A stretch of DNA of 64,000 nt from the human T2T-CHM13v2.0 reference genome, Homo sapiens (GCF_009914755.1 NC_060944.1), one strand, 5' to 3'; counted from the first letter of the stretch, positions 11,473 to 27,107 are shown. Notes: generated by a model from the sequence alone, not told the origin. Numbers and translations are program-made.

Positions 11473-13391
11473 ATAGCCACACTCCTCCACCCTGGACTCT
11501 GGCCTGGCCTGTCGGAGGCTGCTGGTTATTCACCAGATGGAGGCCCAGGCTCCATGTCTTCAGCCACCGTGCCCTGCCCCAGCATCAAGTTCCCTCCGCA
11601 CTCTATTTCCTCCTTGGTAGAGGGGAAAAATAAAGCCAGTGTCTCCCACGGTTGCCTCGGGGTAACCGGTGGCAACACCATGAATGAGATCAAGAAGAGG
11701 CTCTCCAGGGGAAGCTGAGGCCAGGGTGGGGCCCAGCCCGGGGCTGGGGATGTGTTTCAGGGGGAGCACGGCCAGGCACCCGCCCCCCTCCCCCCGCCCC
11801 TCCTTGCCATCCTCATCCCTGCAGGGCTGAGACACGCAGGTCATTCCAGCTCCTTTTCTGGAACTCAGCATCAGCCAAGCCATGATCGCCACAGAGATGG
11901 CCACACCCCTCCTCTTCTCAGCTTTGCAACCCCCACCCCAGCTGGCCAGGCCAGATCCCAGAAGGCAGCCCTCACCACCCAGAAGACTCACAGCAGGAAT
12001 ACAGGGATACAGGGGCGGAAATAGGCCCTAATGCTGGGGAACAGGACTGTTTCAGGGGAGACTCCCCCACCACAAGCCATTTCCACAGATGCTCTGATGG
12101 AGCCATGGGGTTGGGGGCCAGCTCAAAGCCGAGGGCAGCTGAGCCCCCTCCTCAGGGCCATGAGTGGTAAAACTGAGCCAGATGGAAACATACAGCCCCT
12201 CTGCATCCTCAGCAGATCTCAGCAGACCTGGTCGGGTTGCTCCTGAGATGCTGTGGCCTCTGCAGCTCCTTCATTCCCTGGCTCCCCAGCCCCGAGTCAC
12301 TGCCAGCTGGGAACATGGGCCAGAGGCGCCCCAGAATCCAGTGGGCCGGGCATTCCAGCCTGGTCCGGGGGCCGCTCTGCCACACAAGTTTATGCCACCA
12401 CCTCTGAACACTTGGGAGGCATGTGGGCTGGGCTAGGGCACAGCCACTCTGGACCCTCCTGCTGAGAGCCCCAGCTGAGACACAGACCCTTGGCCAACCC
12501 CAGGAATGTCCAGCCCTGTGAGCAGGATCTGAGCCCCACACGAACAAACGACCAAGACCAGGCTGGGGACCAGGCTTCCAGGCCCAGGCTGCACCCAGTC
12601 CACACACACAGCACATAGGGTCAGTGCTCCATAGTGGGCACGTCTCTGCAGGGACAGGATGGAGATGTCCACGCAGCACACAGACCAAGCTGAGGTAAAG
12701 TCTCAAAGTACAACCATGTGGCACACAACCATCCACCTAGGGGCACAGGCAGAACTCCCCAACACACCTCTTGGCTACCTCGGTATGTGTGGCCAGGCCC
12801 TCCTGCAGGTGCCTGTACTTACCACGTGAGGGCGCCCTGGAGCTGCCACAGGATCCTGCACCTGGACAGGAATGGGGAGACCCCTGGCAGAATCAGGCCC
12901 CAGAAGGACCTGGAGCATCGCACAGACACGAATGCCGTCTGCATGAGCAATGTGTGGAGGCAGGCCCCTCCCCACGGGGAGACTGCCCTTTGCCCCACAC
13001 ACCTCAGACCAGGGGAGGAGGGACACACGGGGGCCCTTGCACATCAGGATGCTCTTTGTTCATTCATTCGTTCATTCAACAGATATTTCTGAGCCCTTCC
13101 TAGGAATGGTGCCACAAGCACCACCAAGGTCCAGGTGGGCCTGCAGGGACAGGACCTCCATGGGTAGAGAGGGTAGTCTGGGCTCTGCCTGGAACCCACC
13201 TGGAACAGAGTCTGGAACAGAGCGGGAGCATCCTGGTCACAGTGGGTGGGAAGGCGGGGCCCCCTCAGCCATTGGTACAAGGACACAAGGGCATGTCTCA
13301 GACTCCTGGAGTCAAGACTTCACCGCTCTGTGCTTCCCTTCTGGAAGCTGGAGGGTAAGTTTAGACATGTTCGTTCAGTAAATGTCAGCGG

Positions 13392-13530
13392 TCATCATCA
13401 CCATAATTACTGCCACCATCAGTACCATCACCACCATTATCATCAGTAACATCACCACCATCAACATAACCATTGCCACCATCATCATTGTTATCATCAG
13501 TAGCAGCAGTGGCAGGAGCACCATCACCAT
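13392..13530. repeat. (CAT/CAC)n low-complexity tract
   Basis: Degenerate CATCACCATCAT run. Confidence 0.85.
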
Positions 13531-14334
13531 GGACCCTGCAGAGTGGGGCCATTTAAACTCCCTCTGGCTGGTCCTGTTTTCAGTTCTTTGAAGCAGTGGG
13601 GATGTGGGAGAGATGCAGATCCACTGAACTGTGGCCACCCAAAGGTCACTCCATAGACCCATATACTTCTAGGAGGGTGACTGCATGCTGAGGACACAGG
13701 AGGGGAAGCTACAGGGCCTCAGTGCCATATCAGCCTGGTGATGCTCAGGTCCCCGACTCCACATAAGGACAGCCCTCCTCTGGCCACAGAGGCCCTGGTC
13801 ATCACCACCTAAGCAGCCCCTGACCCAGCTAACCTTGGACAGTCTCCAGTGTCCCTTCCCCACAAGTCTTCCCAAATGTCTAGAGAATACCCCTGTCTTG
13901 GCCCCCAAAAGGTATTTCCGTGACTTCACACCCAGAGAAGTGCAGAATCTGCTGGGGGCAGGTAGTCCTGCTTAGAAGACATAGTGGCTACCCTGGGAGA
14001 GTGGCACCCCCTGTCAGAGCCCACCTGCCAAAAGGCTGGAGATGTCCCAAGAGCCTAAGGACCAAACAGCCCACAGAAAAGCCCATTTCCAGCCAAACCC
14101 CACCTTTCCTCATGTGCAGACCCCCCAAGAATTACAGACCTGAGGAGGTGCTGTGGCTTGCACCCAGACAGAGCAGAAGGCGGATCCTTCCCAAGGGGCT
14201 CCTGTTTATCTGGGACCATTATCATCTTTACATTAGTTTTACACGGCCCATGTGTGTGCACCTGTGTGTGGCTGTATGCATATGTGCATGTGTGTATTCA
14301 TTTGTGTGCGTGTGTGCGTGCATGCCTGGGGATG

Positions 14335-15585
14335 CCTGTGGGCATATGGTCATGCGTGTCAGTGTGTGCCCATGGTAGGGCATATGATCATGTGTGTTTG
14401 TGCATTCCTATGGTAAGGCACATGATCGTGTGTGTCGGTGCATGTCCATGGTAGGGCACATGATCACGTGTGTCGGTGTGTGCCCATGTTAGGGCATATG
14501 ATCGCGTGTGTCAGTGTGTGTCCATGGTAGGGCACATGATCACACATGTTCGGTGCATGCCCATTTTAGGGCATATGACCATGCATGTCTGTGCGTCCCC
14601 ATGTTAGGGCATATGATCACACGTGTCTATGCCTGCTCATGTTAGGGCATATAATCACGTGTGTCAGTGTGTGCCCATGGTAGGGCATATGATCACGTGT
14701 CTGTGTATCCCCATGGAAGGACACATGGTCATACATGTCGGTGCATCCCCATGTTAGGGCACATGATCACGTGTGTCGGTGTGTGCCCATGGTAGGGCAT
14801 ATGATCACGTGTGTCGGTGTGTGCCCGTTATGGCATATGATCATGTGTGTCAGTGTGTGTCCATGGTAGGGCATATGATCATGTGTGTCTGTGCATTCCT
14901 ACGGTAAGGCACATGATCGTGTGTGTTGGTGCGTGTCCATGGTAGGGCACACGATCACGTGTGTCAGTGTGTGCCCATGTTAGGGCATGTGATCACACGT
15001 ATCAGTGCGTGCCCATGGTAGGGCATATGATCGCGTGTGTCAGTGTGTGTCCATGGTAGGGCACATGATCACACATGTTCGGCACATGCCCATTTTAGGG
15101 CATATGACCATGCATGTCTATGCGTCCCCATGTTAGGGCATATGATCACACGTGTCTATGCCTGCTCATGTTAGGGCATATGATCACGTGTGTCGGTGTG
15201 TGCCTATGGTAGGCACATGATCAAGCGTGTCGGCATGTGCCCATGGTAGGGCATATGATCATGTGTCTGTGTATCCCCATGGAAGGACACATGCTCATAC
15301 ATGTCGGTGCATCCCCATGTTAGGGCACATGATCATGTGTGTCGGTGCGTGCCCACGGTAGGGCATATGATCACGCATATCTGTACGTGCCCATGTTAGG
15401 GCATATGATCACACGTGTCTATGCCTGCTCATGTTAGGGCATATAATCACATGTGTCGGTGTGTGCCCATGGAAGGACACATGATCATACATGTCGGTGC
15501 ATCCCCATGTTAGGGCACATGATCACGTGTGTCAGTGCATGCCCATGTTAGGGCATATGATCACACGTGTCTGTGTGCCCATGAC
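14335..15585. repeat. 38-bp minisatellite (~32 copies) within a TG-rich tract (14250-15715)
   Basis: Consensus CCATGKTAGGGCAYATGATCACGTGTGTCGGTGTGTGC. Confidence 0.95.
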
Positions 15586-18500
15586 AGGCATGTGTGTTGT
15601 ATGCACGTGTTTGTTGTATGTTCTCTGTACATGTGTGCATGTATGTGCCTGTGTGCACCCAGATGCTCATGCATGTATGTGTGCTTTTGTGTGCACCTGT
15701 GCATTTGTGTGTGGGGGAGTGCTGAGGTACAGAGAGCAGCTCCAAGGTAGGAAAGAACCACCCTGGGCCCTCCGGACTCCCAGAATGCTCAGGCCCTCCT
15801 GCCTGGCAGTCTTTGCCCATGAGGATGTTCCGGCTGGAAGGCTCTTCTCATGCTCCCACATCCCTTTCCCAACTCATCCTTCAGGTCCCAACTTGGTCTG
15901 TCTCAGAGACCACCATGTGCGTCAAAGCTCTGGCACTCCTGGGGCATGGGCTCCCCTTGGCCTCCACTTCCCAAAGCCGCCCCACTCTCAAGTCCCTCAC
16001 CAGCCACTAGGGGTGGTGACTGGCAAGGAGAGGCCAGACAGGGATTAGTCACCGGGTGCGGCTAGTCCACCTCCTTCTCCAACCAGGATCCACCCTCCCA
16101 GGCCAGGCAGGTCCTCCTCCACCCCATTCTGACATCTGCTTGGTGGCATCCCTCCCCAGATAGCAGCCTGAGGACCTGTGGAGGGGGCAAGAGCAGAGCA
16201 GAGCAGGCTCTACACTGCCTCATGCAGGGACCCCCGGCTGAGTGTGGCCCAGAGTGGTCAGCCCCCAACATCAGCTGCTCCCCATATGGCCCTGGGGCCA
16301 AGACACCCTCAGGGATGTCTTCCATCCCAGGAAGGCCAGGTGGGACAATTTGCCTTCCGGGCAACACACATTCCTGCCTCCCAGTACCCTGTGTCCCCTG
16401 GGCCTCCACCCACTGTGTAGCACAAGCATGTGTCAACAGAACCCTGTGGCCAGGCCCCTGAGTGTCAGGAAGTCCCCTAGAAGACTGAGCTGCCTGCCCC
16501 TGGCTCACAGAGAGGTGGGGGGCAAATGGGGGTCTGCTTGGAGCAGGGCAGTGGCAGAGAGAAGGACCAGCCCCGAGGGGCTTGGGCATGGCAGGGATTG
16601 GGCCTGCCCTCCAGGTCTCTCTGGACACTCTTACCCCAGCCCCTGGCCTCCTCAATGCCACACTTAACCAAGTCCCCCTCAGACCACAACCCCATGCCCT
16701 CGCCTGCTCCTGACCCTCAGACACAGGTGCCCAGCTGCCAATGCTGTTCCCGCCTCCTGAACCCCAAAGTCCCCTCACCTCCTGCCCTGCCCTGACTTGA
16801 TGTGGCCTCACATCCCAGCCTCTGCTCTCTCTCCCGTGCTGTGCCTGCCCCACCCCCACCTCCTGCACCCCAAAGTCCTCTCACCTCCTGCCCTGATGTA
16901 GGCTCACATCCCAGCCTCTGCAGTCTCTCCAGTGCTGTGTCTGCCATCACCCTGCCACCTGCCTCCCCGCCTGTTGGACAACAAGCAACTGTGCTTGTTG
17001 GGGAGACTGCAGACTTCAGGCCCCACCCCAGGGCTCAGCAGCCTCCAGCCTGGCCCTCACACACCCCCACCTCCTTGGGAAAGGCTCCAGGACACATACG
17101 GTCCACACCAGCCTCCTCCTCTGAGCTGCCGTGGCCAGCCGTCCTTGGCCTCAGATCATGTTCTGTCAGTCCTGGTCCCCTGGCCCCACTCCCTTGAAGG
17201 CAGCCAGTGACCAGAGCCCCAGAAGGTTCAGTTGCAGGTTCCAAGTGAATTTAGGGATGGGGAGACTGGGGAGGCCCTGCTGGAGCTGCAAAAAGGCACT
17301 TTCAGTGACTGGGGGCCTCCATGCTGGCCATGGTGCTGCCTGTACTTCATGCAGCCCAGGGTCCTGCACTCTGGGCCCTTTCCTGGGGGAGGAAAGAAAC
17401 CCAGACATCAGCCCTGGGGAGGTGGAAGGACCCCAAAAGGGGCTGAGCCCCAGCCACTAGCCACTCACCGATCCACCGGTGAGTGGGGCTGGAAATCGGC
17501 CTCCGGCGGGATCGTCTCAGGCTCAGGCACGAAGCACAGGGGCCCTGTCGTAAGTGGAACCTCCATCTGCAGCAGGTGCTGGGTGTGGAGAAGCCAGTCT
17601 CCCGAGGGTGGGGCAGGGGGTACGGATGGCTGTCACTCAGAAGGACTTCCCACCCGGGATGGTCAGTCTCACAAACGACAAGGAGACTACCCTAGGCTTA
17701 CACAGACCCCAGGGGGCAGGGCCCCTCAGTGCCTCTCAGGAAGGCAGAAGGGGCTGTGGTCCTGGCCCAGTTCCTGGGACTCCTGCCTCAGGCTGCAGGC
17801 ACTCCCTTTACTCTGTGCACTTGCAGGGATGAAACCCACCTCCAACTCCACGGACTCTACTGCCCAGGGCTTCCCCAGCCACAAAGGAGAGCTTGTGCCT
17901 GGGACAGCGACCACCCCCAGGACAGAAACACCCCCTCCCGGGACTCCTCTAGGACCCACTGTCCCATGTGGGACCGTTCCACAGGTGCTACTCTTCCAGG
18001 GCGCAAATCCCAGCGTGCTCCTGGCCACACCCACATCCCAAAGCTCTCCGGCTGTCCCCAGGCCTGCAGTCTGCTGCACCGTGCTCCCACAGTGGGGCCC
18101 ACTTCCCTGCTCCGCCAGGCTGCTCCACACAGCCCTGGCACCCCTTGCCCCCTGCCCACACCCCTCCAACCTCGTACACAGGCAGAGGCCCCGCCCAGCC
18201 TCCACCCAAGCACACCCCCGGCCTGGTCCACCTGCAAAACCAAACCTGCTGGACTCGTCATTTCCCCCAACCAGCCTGGCTTCTCCATGAACAACCCCCC
18301 CAAGTTGGGGACTGCTCTCCTTGGTGATGACAAGGGTCCCCCACTGGTGTGGCCCCTCCAGACCTTGCCACGACCTCAGTGACCCCCCCATTGTCTCCCC
18401 ATCCTGCAACTTGGGATGTTGAGGCTTTTAAGTTGTCAAACTAGAACAACTCGAGATGAGGACCTCGGCAGGGGGGCTGGTGACAGGAGGATGGATCGCC

Positions 18501-18777
18501 AGGAGGATGATCGCCAGGAGGATGGATCGCCAGGAGGATGGATGGCCCAGAGCTCAGAAGAGGTGGTTGAGGGCCCAGCCCCAGGGGACCCAGCAGGAAG
18601 AAGCCAGACAACTTCTGAGGCTCCCACTGAACCCAGACCCCACCAGGCTGAAGGGCTTGCACCTGCGGAGGAGGAGGGAGGAGTCACCCTCTGCAGTAGG
18701 CAGGGGAGAGGGGTGGAGAGCAGTGGCTTTGCATCCTCCTGTTCTTGCCCAGGGCTCCCAAAACAAATGCCACCCCA

Positions 18778-19050
18778 GCACACAAACCACACAGGCACAC
18801 AGACACACATGCACACACACCACACAGGCACACACCTGTGCACAACACACCACAGACATACCACACAGGCACACACACAGGCACACACGTGCACACACCA
18901 CACGGGCACACACAGGCAAACACAATTGCACACACGTTCTCACACAGACACACACGGGCATACATACATGTATCTACACATATACACACATGCACATAAG
19001 CATCACAGTACATGCACAAACATGCAATACACATGCAGACACATACACAG
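18778..19050. repeat. Degenerate (CA)n-rich tract
   Basis: CACACA/CACAGG runs. Confidence 0.9.
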
Positions 19051-19795
19051 CAACCAAATGATCAAGGAAAGGGATCAAAATATTAACAATAAGTGAATCT
19101 GGGTGAAGAGTATTCTCTATACTATGCTTACTCTTGCAATTTTTCTGTATATTTGACTTTATTTCCAAAGTAAGTTTTTTAAAAAAGGAATGCCGTCACC
19201 TCACCAGCCACCAACCCATACCACCCCCTCGAATACACCTCAAGCAGCTCTTCTTGATGTTGGGACCAGAGTCCCTCTCTCACCGCTCCTCTGCAGGGAT
19301 GCAGTGTCCCCAGCTAGTGAAGACAGACACCTGTGCCCCCACCCCAGCCCCAAGCTGCTGCTTGTCCCTGCACCTCCAGGTGCTCACGCCCAGCCCCAGG
19401 GTGCAGCAAGCTTCCCAAAATATAAGGGGGAGGGGGAAGGGAGGCCATCCCATCCCTGAGGCCTGGCAGAGCAAGTTGGCCTAGGGACCTGGTATTCTGA
19501 GGCCCCGTCAAGGCCACCCTCCTGCACACCTGTACCCAGACTGAGGAATGACCTCACCTGCCACCTGCCACCATCTTTGGAGAAGGCTAGGGCTACGTTA
19601 GCCCAGCTTGGACGAGCCCAAGCAGCAAACTGCACCTTGAGGTCTCCTCCCGTGATGAGAAGATCACGGCAGAAGCCGGCACTTGGGGGAGGCAGGGGAA
19701 CCATGACACCAGCTCTGGACGTCCCCTCCTGTCTGGGCTGGACACCGAACCCAGGCACTTCTCACCCCGAAGCACACCATTGCCCACCCCTGTGC

Positions 19796-19975
19796 CCTGG
19801 ACCCTCCACAGGGCCAAGCGGGGGACGCTGTCCCAGAGAACCTGGAGCCTCCACAGGGCCAAGCGGGGGACGCTGTCCCAGAGAACCTGGAGCCTCCACA
19901 GGGCCAAGCGGGGGACGCTGTCCCAGAGAACCTGGACCCTCCACAGGGCCAAGCGGGGGACGCTGTTCCAGAGAA
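19796..19975. repeat. 45-bp VNTR, 4 copies
   Basis: CCTGGA(C/G)CCTCCACAGGGCCAAGCGGGGGACGCTGTCCCAGAGAA. Confidence 0.95.
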
Positions 19976-20972
19976 ACAGCTGCTGCCCACCCACAGAAAG
20001 TCTCCTCTTCCAAGCCTGACAGTTCCACAGGACTGAGGCAACACTCTTCCTGGTCTCACAAGTGGTGGCCAAAGCCCAAAGCCGCCAAGGGCCTCATCAC
20101 CTGTGCACCACCTACTCCACTCCCGTCCCCTCGGAAGCTGCCCTGGGGCTGCCCAGCCTGCAGGGGCCCAGCCCTGTCCGTGGCAGCATGTCAAGGCTGC
20201 CCTCGGCCCTGAAGGAGACCCTTCCTACCCCACAGCTTCTCCTGGCACCAAGCAGTGGCGCTGCGGTGTCCGAGCTCCCCGTCTGCCCATAGGAGCCCCG
20301 CCATCACCCACGGGAAGCAGCACTGCAATCTCCGAGCCTCACCCTCCGCAGGACACCAGGAGCGTCAGCATGCTGCCATCCACAGAGCCCCGTGACGGGC
20401 AAGTGCTGGGCTATGGCTTCCCATAGCTTAGGACCGACTTCGGGCAGCTCGCCCTCTCCACGGCCACAGAGCTCGGAGGAGTGCCCAAGAGGCGCCTCTG
20501 TCCAGGATACACTGGAGGCCCCTGTGCCCAAGCTCTGCCCAGACATTAGCAGTTGCTGGTCCTTCTTTGACTCTGGGTGGCCAGGACACTTGCGGGAGGG
20601 AGGGTGCTGGCCCCAAACAACCCCACAGGCCGTGTGGACTCCCCAAAGGCAAAGGGGCCCTGTGGCAGACCTGTCCTGAGATAGGAGCCTCAGCCCTGGG
20701 CCACAGCAGGAAGCCAGCAGGTCTGGTGGGCACCCCTGGAACTCACTGGAGTTGAGGCCTGGTCCTGATGCTCATTCCGACACCTGAAGCCTGATTAGCT
20801 TGGCAAGTCTAGCTCCCTCTTGCACGAGCTGAGCGACGCAGCAGGGCGAGGCCTGGCCCGTGCCCAACACTGACGCTTCCGCCTGGTCCAGCTGGTGACA
20901 ACGTATGAGACACCTAGGCCTGTGGCCGGCTGCCAGGAAAGGAGGGAACCTAGACTGCTGTTCACCATCTGA

Positions 20973-22141
<1,169 letters not shown>

Positions 22142-22680
22142 TTACGTGATGGAGCAACTCCAGGCTGCAGGGAAACGTGAGCGCCGGCCGTGGGGATGCG
22201 CGGGGAGGAGGGCGGGCCACCAATGCCTCGCCCACACTGTGTGGAGTCCACAGGATGGAGACGGATACTGAGGGAAGCCATGAGTTGTGGTCTGGTGACT
22301 GAAGTCACAGAGTAACGGGGCTGCCCCAAGCTGGGAGCCAAGGTGCGGACTCCTTTCTCACGGGCCTCCTATGGTGAGATCACAGCAGAAGCCGGCCTGG
22401 GCTTACAGCTGGTCTCCGGCCAGAGAGGGCATTTCTGTCCTACCAAAGACTGCAACAATTCTGGACAGCGAGGGGCCTGGAGGGACAGGATTCAGCCCAA
22501 AGTACCACAGGCCACACGTTTCCTCCATGTCATCCCCTAGCCTGGCCATTTAAGACCCAATGCAGACAGCAACCTGCAGAGCCAGCCTGTAACCCACCAG
22601 AAGCCCAGAGCACACTTGGGCTTGCACCTGAGCTACCACCCAGCCCCTCCAAGGAAACTTCTACAGCCAGAGGCACCTCA

Positions 22681-23050
<370 letters not shown>

Positions 23051-23856
23051 AGAATTCTAGCATGGTGGGCTTTGGGGAGGGGAAGAGGGAAAAAGGAATA
23101 GGGCTCATGTGGCTGGCTTTTAGGGAGGCAGGTGTGAGAAATACTAACAACTTACAGCTCTTTATAAAGCAAAATGAGATGAAATCCCTCCCCCGCCCCC
23201 CCAATTCTCACTCCACAAACCTATGCCTTTCGGTTCTCCCTTCCCCTGGTAGGCCTGGCTCCTTGCCTGGCATTACCATGCACCACGAATGCAGGCAGGA
23301 GGCCCCAAACACCCAGACACGGTGTCAGTTCTACAAAACTTTCCAAGTTGGCAGAAGGAGAAGCCACTGCCTCCTCCGGTTTGGAGGCCTCAGGGGAGGT
23401 GTTGTCTAGACCGCCCAATCCACTATCCATTCACAAGCCAGTCAGCAACTACCACTTGCCAGAGTCCCTGCCACCACCTCCCACTCTGTGGGGACAACAG
23501 CATCCACTTCTTCCACAACAACGAAACAACAAAGATAAAGCATGGCACCTGTCGTCATGCTTGCCACCTTTCAGCACCTCTCGGCTCAGCATTCTGAAAG
23601 CCGGGAACTCATCTTTAAAGGAGGCCAGGACTTGAATACAAGCAAGAAAATGGCATAAAATGAAGGAATTAGCCACTCGAGGTTGAAAACACACTTCCCT
23701 AAAATGACAGCAGCATTTGGAGCTGCAGGTGGGAGCACACAGCCTACCTCTAACTGGCCTGTCAGAACAGACACGTTTTCCCGTTCTCATTTTGTGTTTC
23801 CTTAAACCAACTACTAACTTCTGGCAGAGGTGGTGACTGCCTGGGAAAGATGCCAT

Positions 23857-24298
23857 CCTCATCTGGCCCCCTTATCTATCAAGATGCAAACTAATAAAAC
23901 CAGCGGGCGGGACACCCATTTAACCTGAAACCTCCTCTTTTGTTAAAAATGGACTGAATGTGTCTTCCGGTTAATAATAAACTTTGCTGGGCACTGGAAT
24001 AACCACCAGCCTCCTCAACCGTGGCTGCTCTCAAAAGCAGATGTGGTGTTCCCTGTCCCGAGAAGGCTCCAGAGTATTTGGATTAAGGACCTGGATATGC
24101 AGATCCTACTCTTAAGAATTAACATTTCCTCCCTACCCCTCAAATGTAAAACTGGAAAAATTAAGAACTCTGTATTTTGCATTGCATTCTCTTAAAAATT
24201 CTGTTAAAAAAATCTCTTCACAGACTGGGTGTGGTGGCTCGTGCCTGTAATCCTAGTACTTTGGGAGGCCAAGGCGGGCGGATTGCCTGAGCTCAGGA
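23857..24298 (+). repeat. Local direct duplication, copy A (ends in a truncated Alu 5' arm)
   Basis: Near-identical to 27108-27549. Confidence 0.95.
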
Positions 24299-24739
24299 TT
24301 TTCTGGGCTGAGGCTAATATTGCATAACTTTATCACATACTTGTCAACTTCTGCAGATGTACACAATGTGCATTTCACTGCTTATAAATTTTACCTCAAA
24401 AGGAAAACAAACTAAACAGGTATTAAACTCTTATTGCATAAATAATAAGAGGCATTGGAGGATGAATGGAGAGAGACGGTGAGGAGCCAAGTCCGGAAAG
24501 GGGGTAGCGGTGCCCAGGTGCTGCACGCACCGCTGCGTCTGCACATTCATGTGATGAGGGGTGGGTGACGGTGCCATGTAGTTTATAGTCTTAAGGAAAT
24601 TAACAGCTCCCTCTTCCAAAGCGAGGGAACGAGAATCCCACACCTTGAGAAACACAGGGCTTTCTACGGTGACTCCCCGAATGGCTCTGCAGCTTAAAAA
24701 GCTCCAACACATAAACTCATCAAGTAGGGTGAAGAATGA

Positions 24740-26030
24740 GGTGACACCAAGTTTGCTAAATAGTATTGTTTATTAAGGCTTGTATTCTCCTAGAGGAAAA
24801 ACCCAATGTCGTCCAGGACTCCATTCAGGCAGTAACAGTTCAGAGGAAGTGACACGCTCTAAATACAAGTCTAATGATACAGCTGAAACGTTAACTCAGA
24901 GGGTCTTTTGGAGCAAGTAGTTTTCAGAAAGCGTCTGCTCTCTAGGACGGTAAGGATCCTCTACAAGGGCACGTGCAGATCCAGGCGCTGGAGCGTCAGG
25001 CATGGGCACCATTTTCATGCTTCAACTCAAACTCCAGGTGGTAGTGAGCTCAACGGTCCCTCATTCCACAAAACATGACAGCAAATTCATCTTCTAAAAA
25101 AAGTTTTGTTTTGTTTTTACCCATTCAACAGGAAAAAAAATTAGACACACACGATGAAATTTACAACCAGCAGCATCATCCATCACACTGTCTGTACTAC
25201 CAGATCCTACACTTAAAGCTCAGCATTATTGGTATAAAAACTTAAGACGGCATTAGAATTCTTAAGAAAAGGTGTAAAATTTAAAAAGATGTGCAAACAA
25301 CAAAGAATGCCCGACCCTGAACCAGACCTAAAGCACCTTCCAGTTCCTCCACACATCATGCCCCAACACCATCCAGCCCAATCGGACACCAGGACAGTGA
25401 GGGACGGGTGGCTGTTCAGTGGGCAACAGATCTGGAAGGAAAGATTTTCAAAAAAAAAAAAAAAGTGTCTGCCAAATTTGAAAAATTAAAAGTTATCTGT
25501 CTAGCAGAAAAATCAAATGGGTAAATTAGCACTTTAGACCGATAACAGATAATAAAATGACAAATCAGAATGAACAAAAAATCATTAACCTTTTGATTTC
25601 AGTATTTTCAAGAGATTTTATCAGAATACTCTAAATGACAAAATGACTCATGGTTTCTTATGTTTGCTAAAAAGCAATAAAGGGATGAGAAATATGAAGT
25701 CTCACAGAATATCAAATGACTGAATTTAAGAACACAATTTCTGCCAAAATAGATGCTTTGTTTTTAAGGATACTTACATTTCACATTAGATCAGTCTGAT
25801 TGATAAGCTGACAAAAAAAATACTCCTTTATTAGTGACTTCTACAGGATTATAATACATAGAAAAAGTACAAATAAATGCAGATCCATCTGGGCAAAAAT
25901 CAACGACAAGAAAGGCAAAGATGCAACACTCAACCCCCGCACGGGACGACACACTGGAGCTGACCAAGCACACGTGTTTTAAACTGTTTTCAAAGTCAAA
26001 CGTTAGAACATGTAAGAAACTGGTTCGCCC
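24740..26030 (-). other. YTHDF1: YTHDF1 3' UTR (~1.3 kb, AU-rich)
   Basis: Repeat-free AT-rich block from the stop codon to an AATAAA (plus-strand TTTATT at 24769-24774); cleavage site approximate. Confidence 0.85.
24769..24774 (-). terminator. Distal poly(A) signal AATAAA of YTHDF1
   Basis: Canonical hexamer at the end of the AT-rich UTR block. Confidence 0.8.
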
Positions 26031-26057
26031 TCATTGTTTGTTTCGACTCTGCCGTTC
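26031..26057 (-). CDS. YTHDF1: YTHDF1 exon 5 coding part (ERQSRNKQ*); full protein 559 aa
   Basis: Polypyrimidine tract TTTTGTTTTTTCTTTTTACAG acceptor; TGA at 26033-26031; 44+507+8=559 aa. Confidence 0.95.
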   Translation of the reverse strand, partial: ERQSRNKQ

Positions 26058-26920
26058 CTGTAAAAAGAAAAAACAAAAGTTGAACGCAGAGTAACCACAC
26101 CAATGAATCCCTCCCAAAAGTGAGATCCGAGGCTGCCCCTTAGCAGCACCTGCAAATCTGGAGGCGGGACCCTGAATGGTACCCAAGCCACACCAGCACA
26201 CAACTCTGAGCTGCACTGGGGCCTGCTCTGTGGGGGACTGGCCACACTGGGCATGGCATTCTCCCCACCCCCTCTACCAGGAGAAAAGCATCAACCACAA
26301 CGGTCACATGGGCCACCTGTCTGCTGGGAAGCCTCACTTCCCACAGCTGTCTTTCCCTCATGTGCCACTATCATTCCACATGGAAAGACACTTAGCAATG
26401 TGAAATTCTCTGCACTCAGAGGGAGGAGCTGGCACGCACCAGGCTCTCAAGGAGGCCAGGGAGACAGAAGCTGTTCTTCTGTATTTTATCTCATTTAAAC
26501 TTCTCAGTGGCACAAAGGACACCAAAATCCTTCCAACTGGCTAACAAGGTGCTGTGTCATGTGGCTAATGAAGGGCAGGAGGACCGGTGTGGGCCTGTCC
26601 AGTTCAGGCCCTTCCCACTCCCCAGCTCACTCCCACGCCAAGGGGAAGAGCATGCCCCTCCCCACTCCCCCACGGCTAGACTGGCTCAAGGCAAAGCTCC
26701 TCTGACCAGGTTTGCTGCCCACTCCCGTAAGAGAATCATCTTTTCCAGAGTGTATGTGACACACAAGCTTGAGACTTACACCCGAATCTTTTCCCACACT
26801 GGCCTCCCTGAGTAGCAGGGTCTAGAAGCCCCTTCAGTCTCCTTACAAGGCAGCATACAAAGATGAAAATGTGCGATCTAAGGAGCACACGCTGCACCAC
26901 TCTGCTAGAGAGGTGTCCCA

Positions 26921-27085
26921 GGCCGAGTGTGGTGGCGCACCCTGTAATCCCAGCTATTCGGGAGGCTGAGGCGAGAGGATCGCTTGAGCCCATGAGTTTT
27001 CGGCTGCAGTGAGCTATTATCTGCCCTGCACTCCAGCCTGGGCAACAGAGAGAGACCCTATCTCGAAATAAAAACAAAACAAAAA
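26921..27085 (+). mobile_element. Alu monomer (FRAM/FLAM-like)
   Basis: Single-arm Alu sequence with A-rich tail. Confidence 0.8.
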
Positions 27086-27107
27086 GATGCATCCCAGGCA
27101 CATCCAC

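Noticed and set aside
14335-15585. CRISPR-like 38-bp repeat array
   Set aside because: Head-to-tail units with no unique spacers, no cas genes, mammalian context.
19796-19975. CTCF-like motif in the 45-bp VNTR
   Set aside because: GGCCAAGCGGGGGACGCTG needs an indel and core mismatches to fit the consensus.
25912-25917. miR-124 site in the YTHDF1 3' UTR
   Set aside because: Only a 6-mer (TGCCTT) with no m8 or A1 match; I saw no 7- or 8-mer site.
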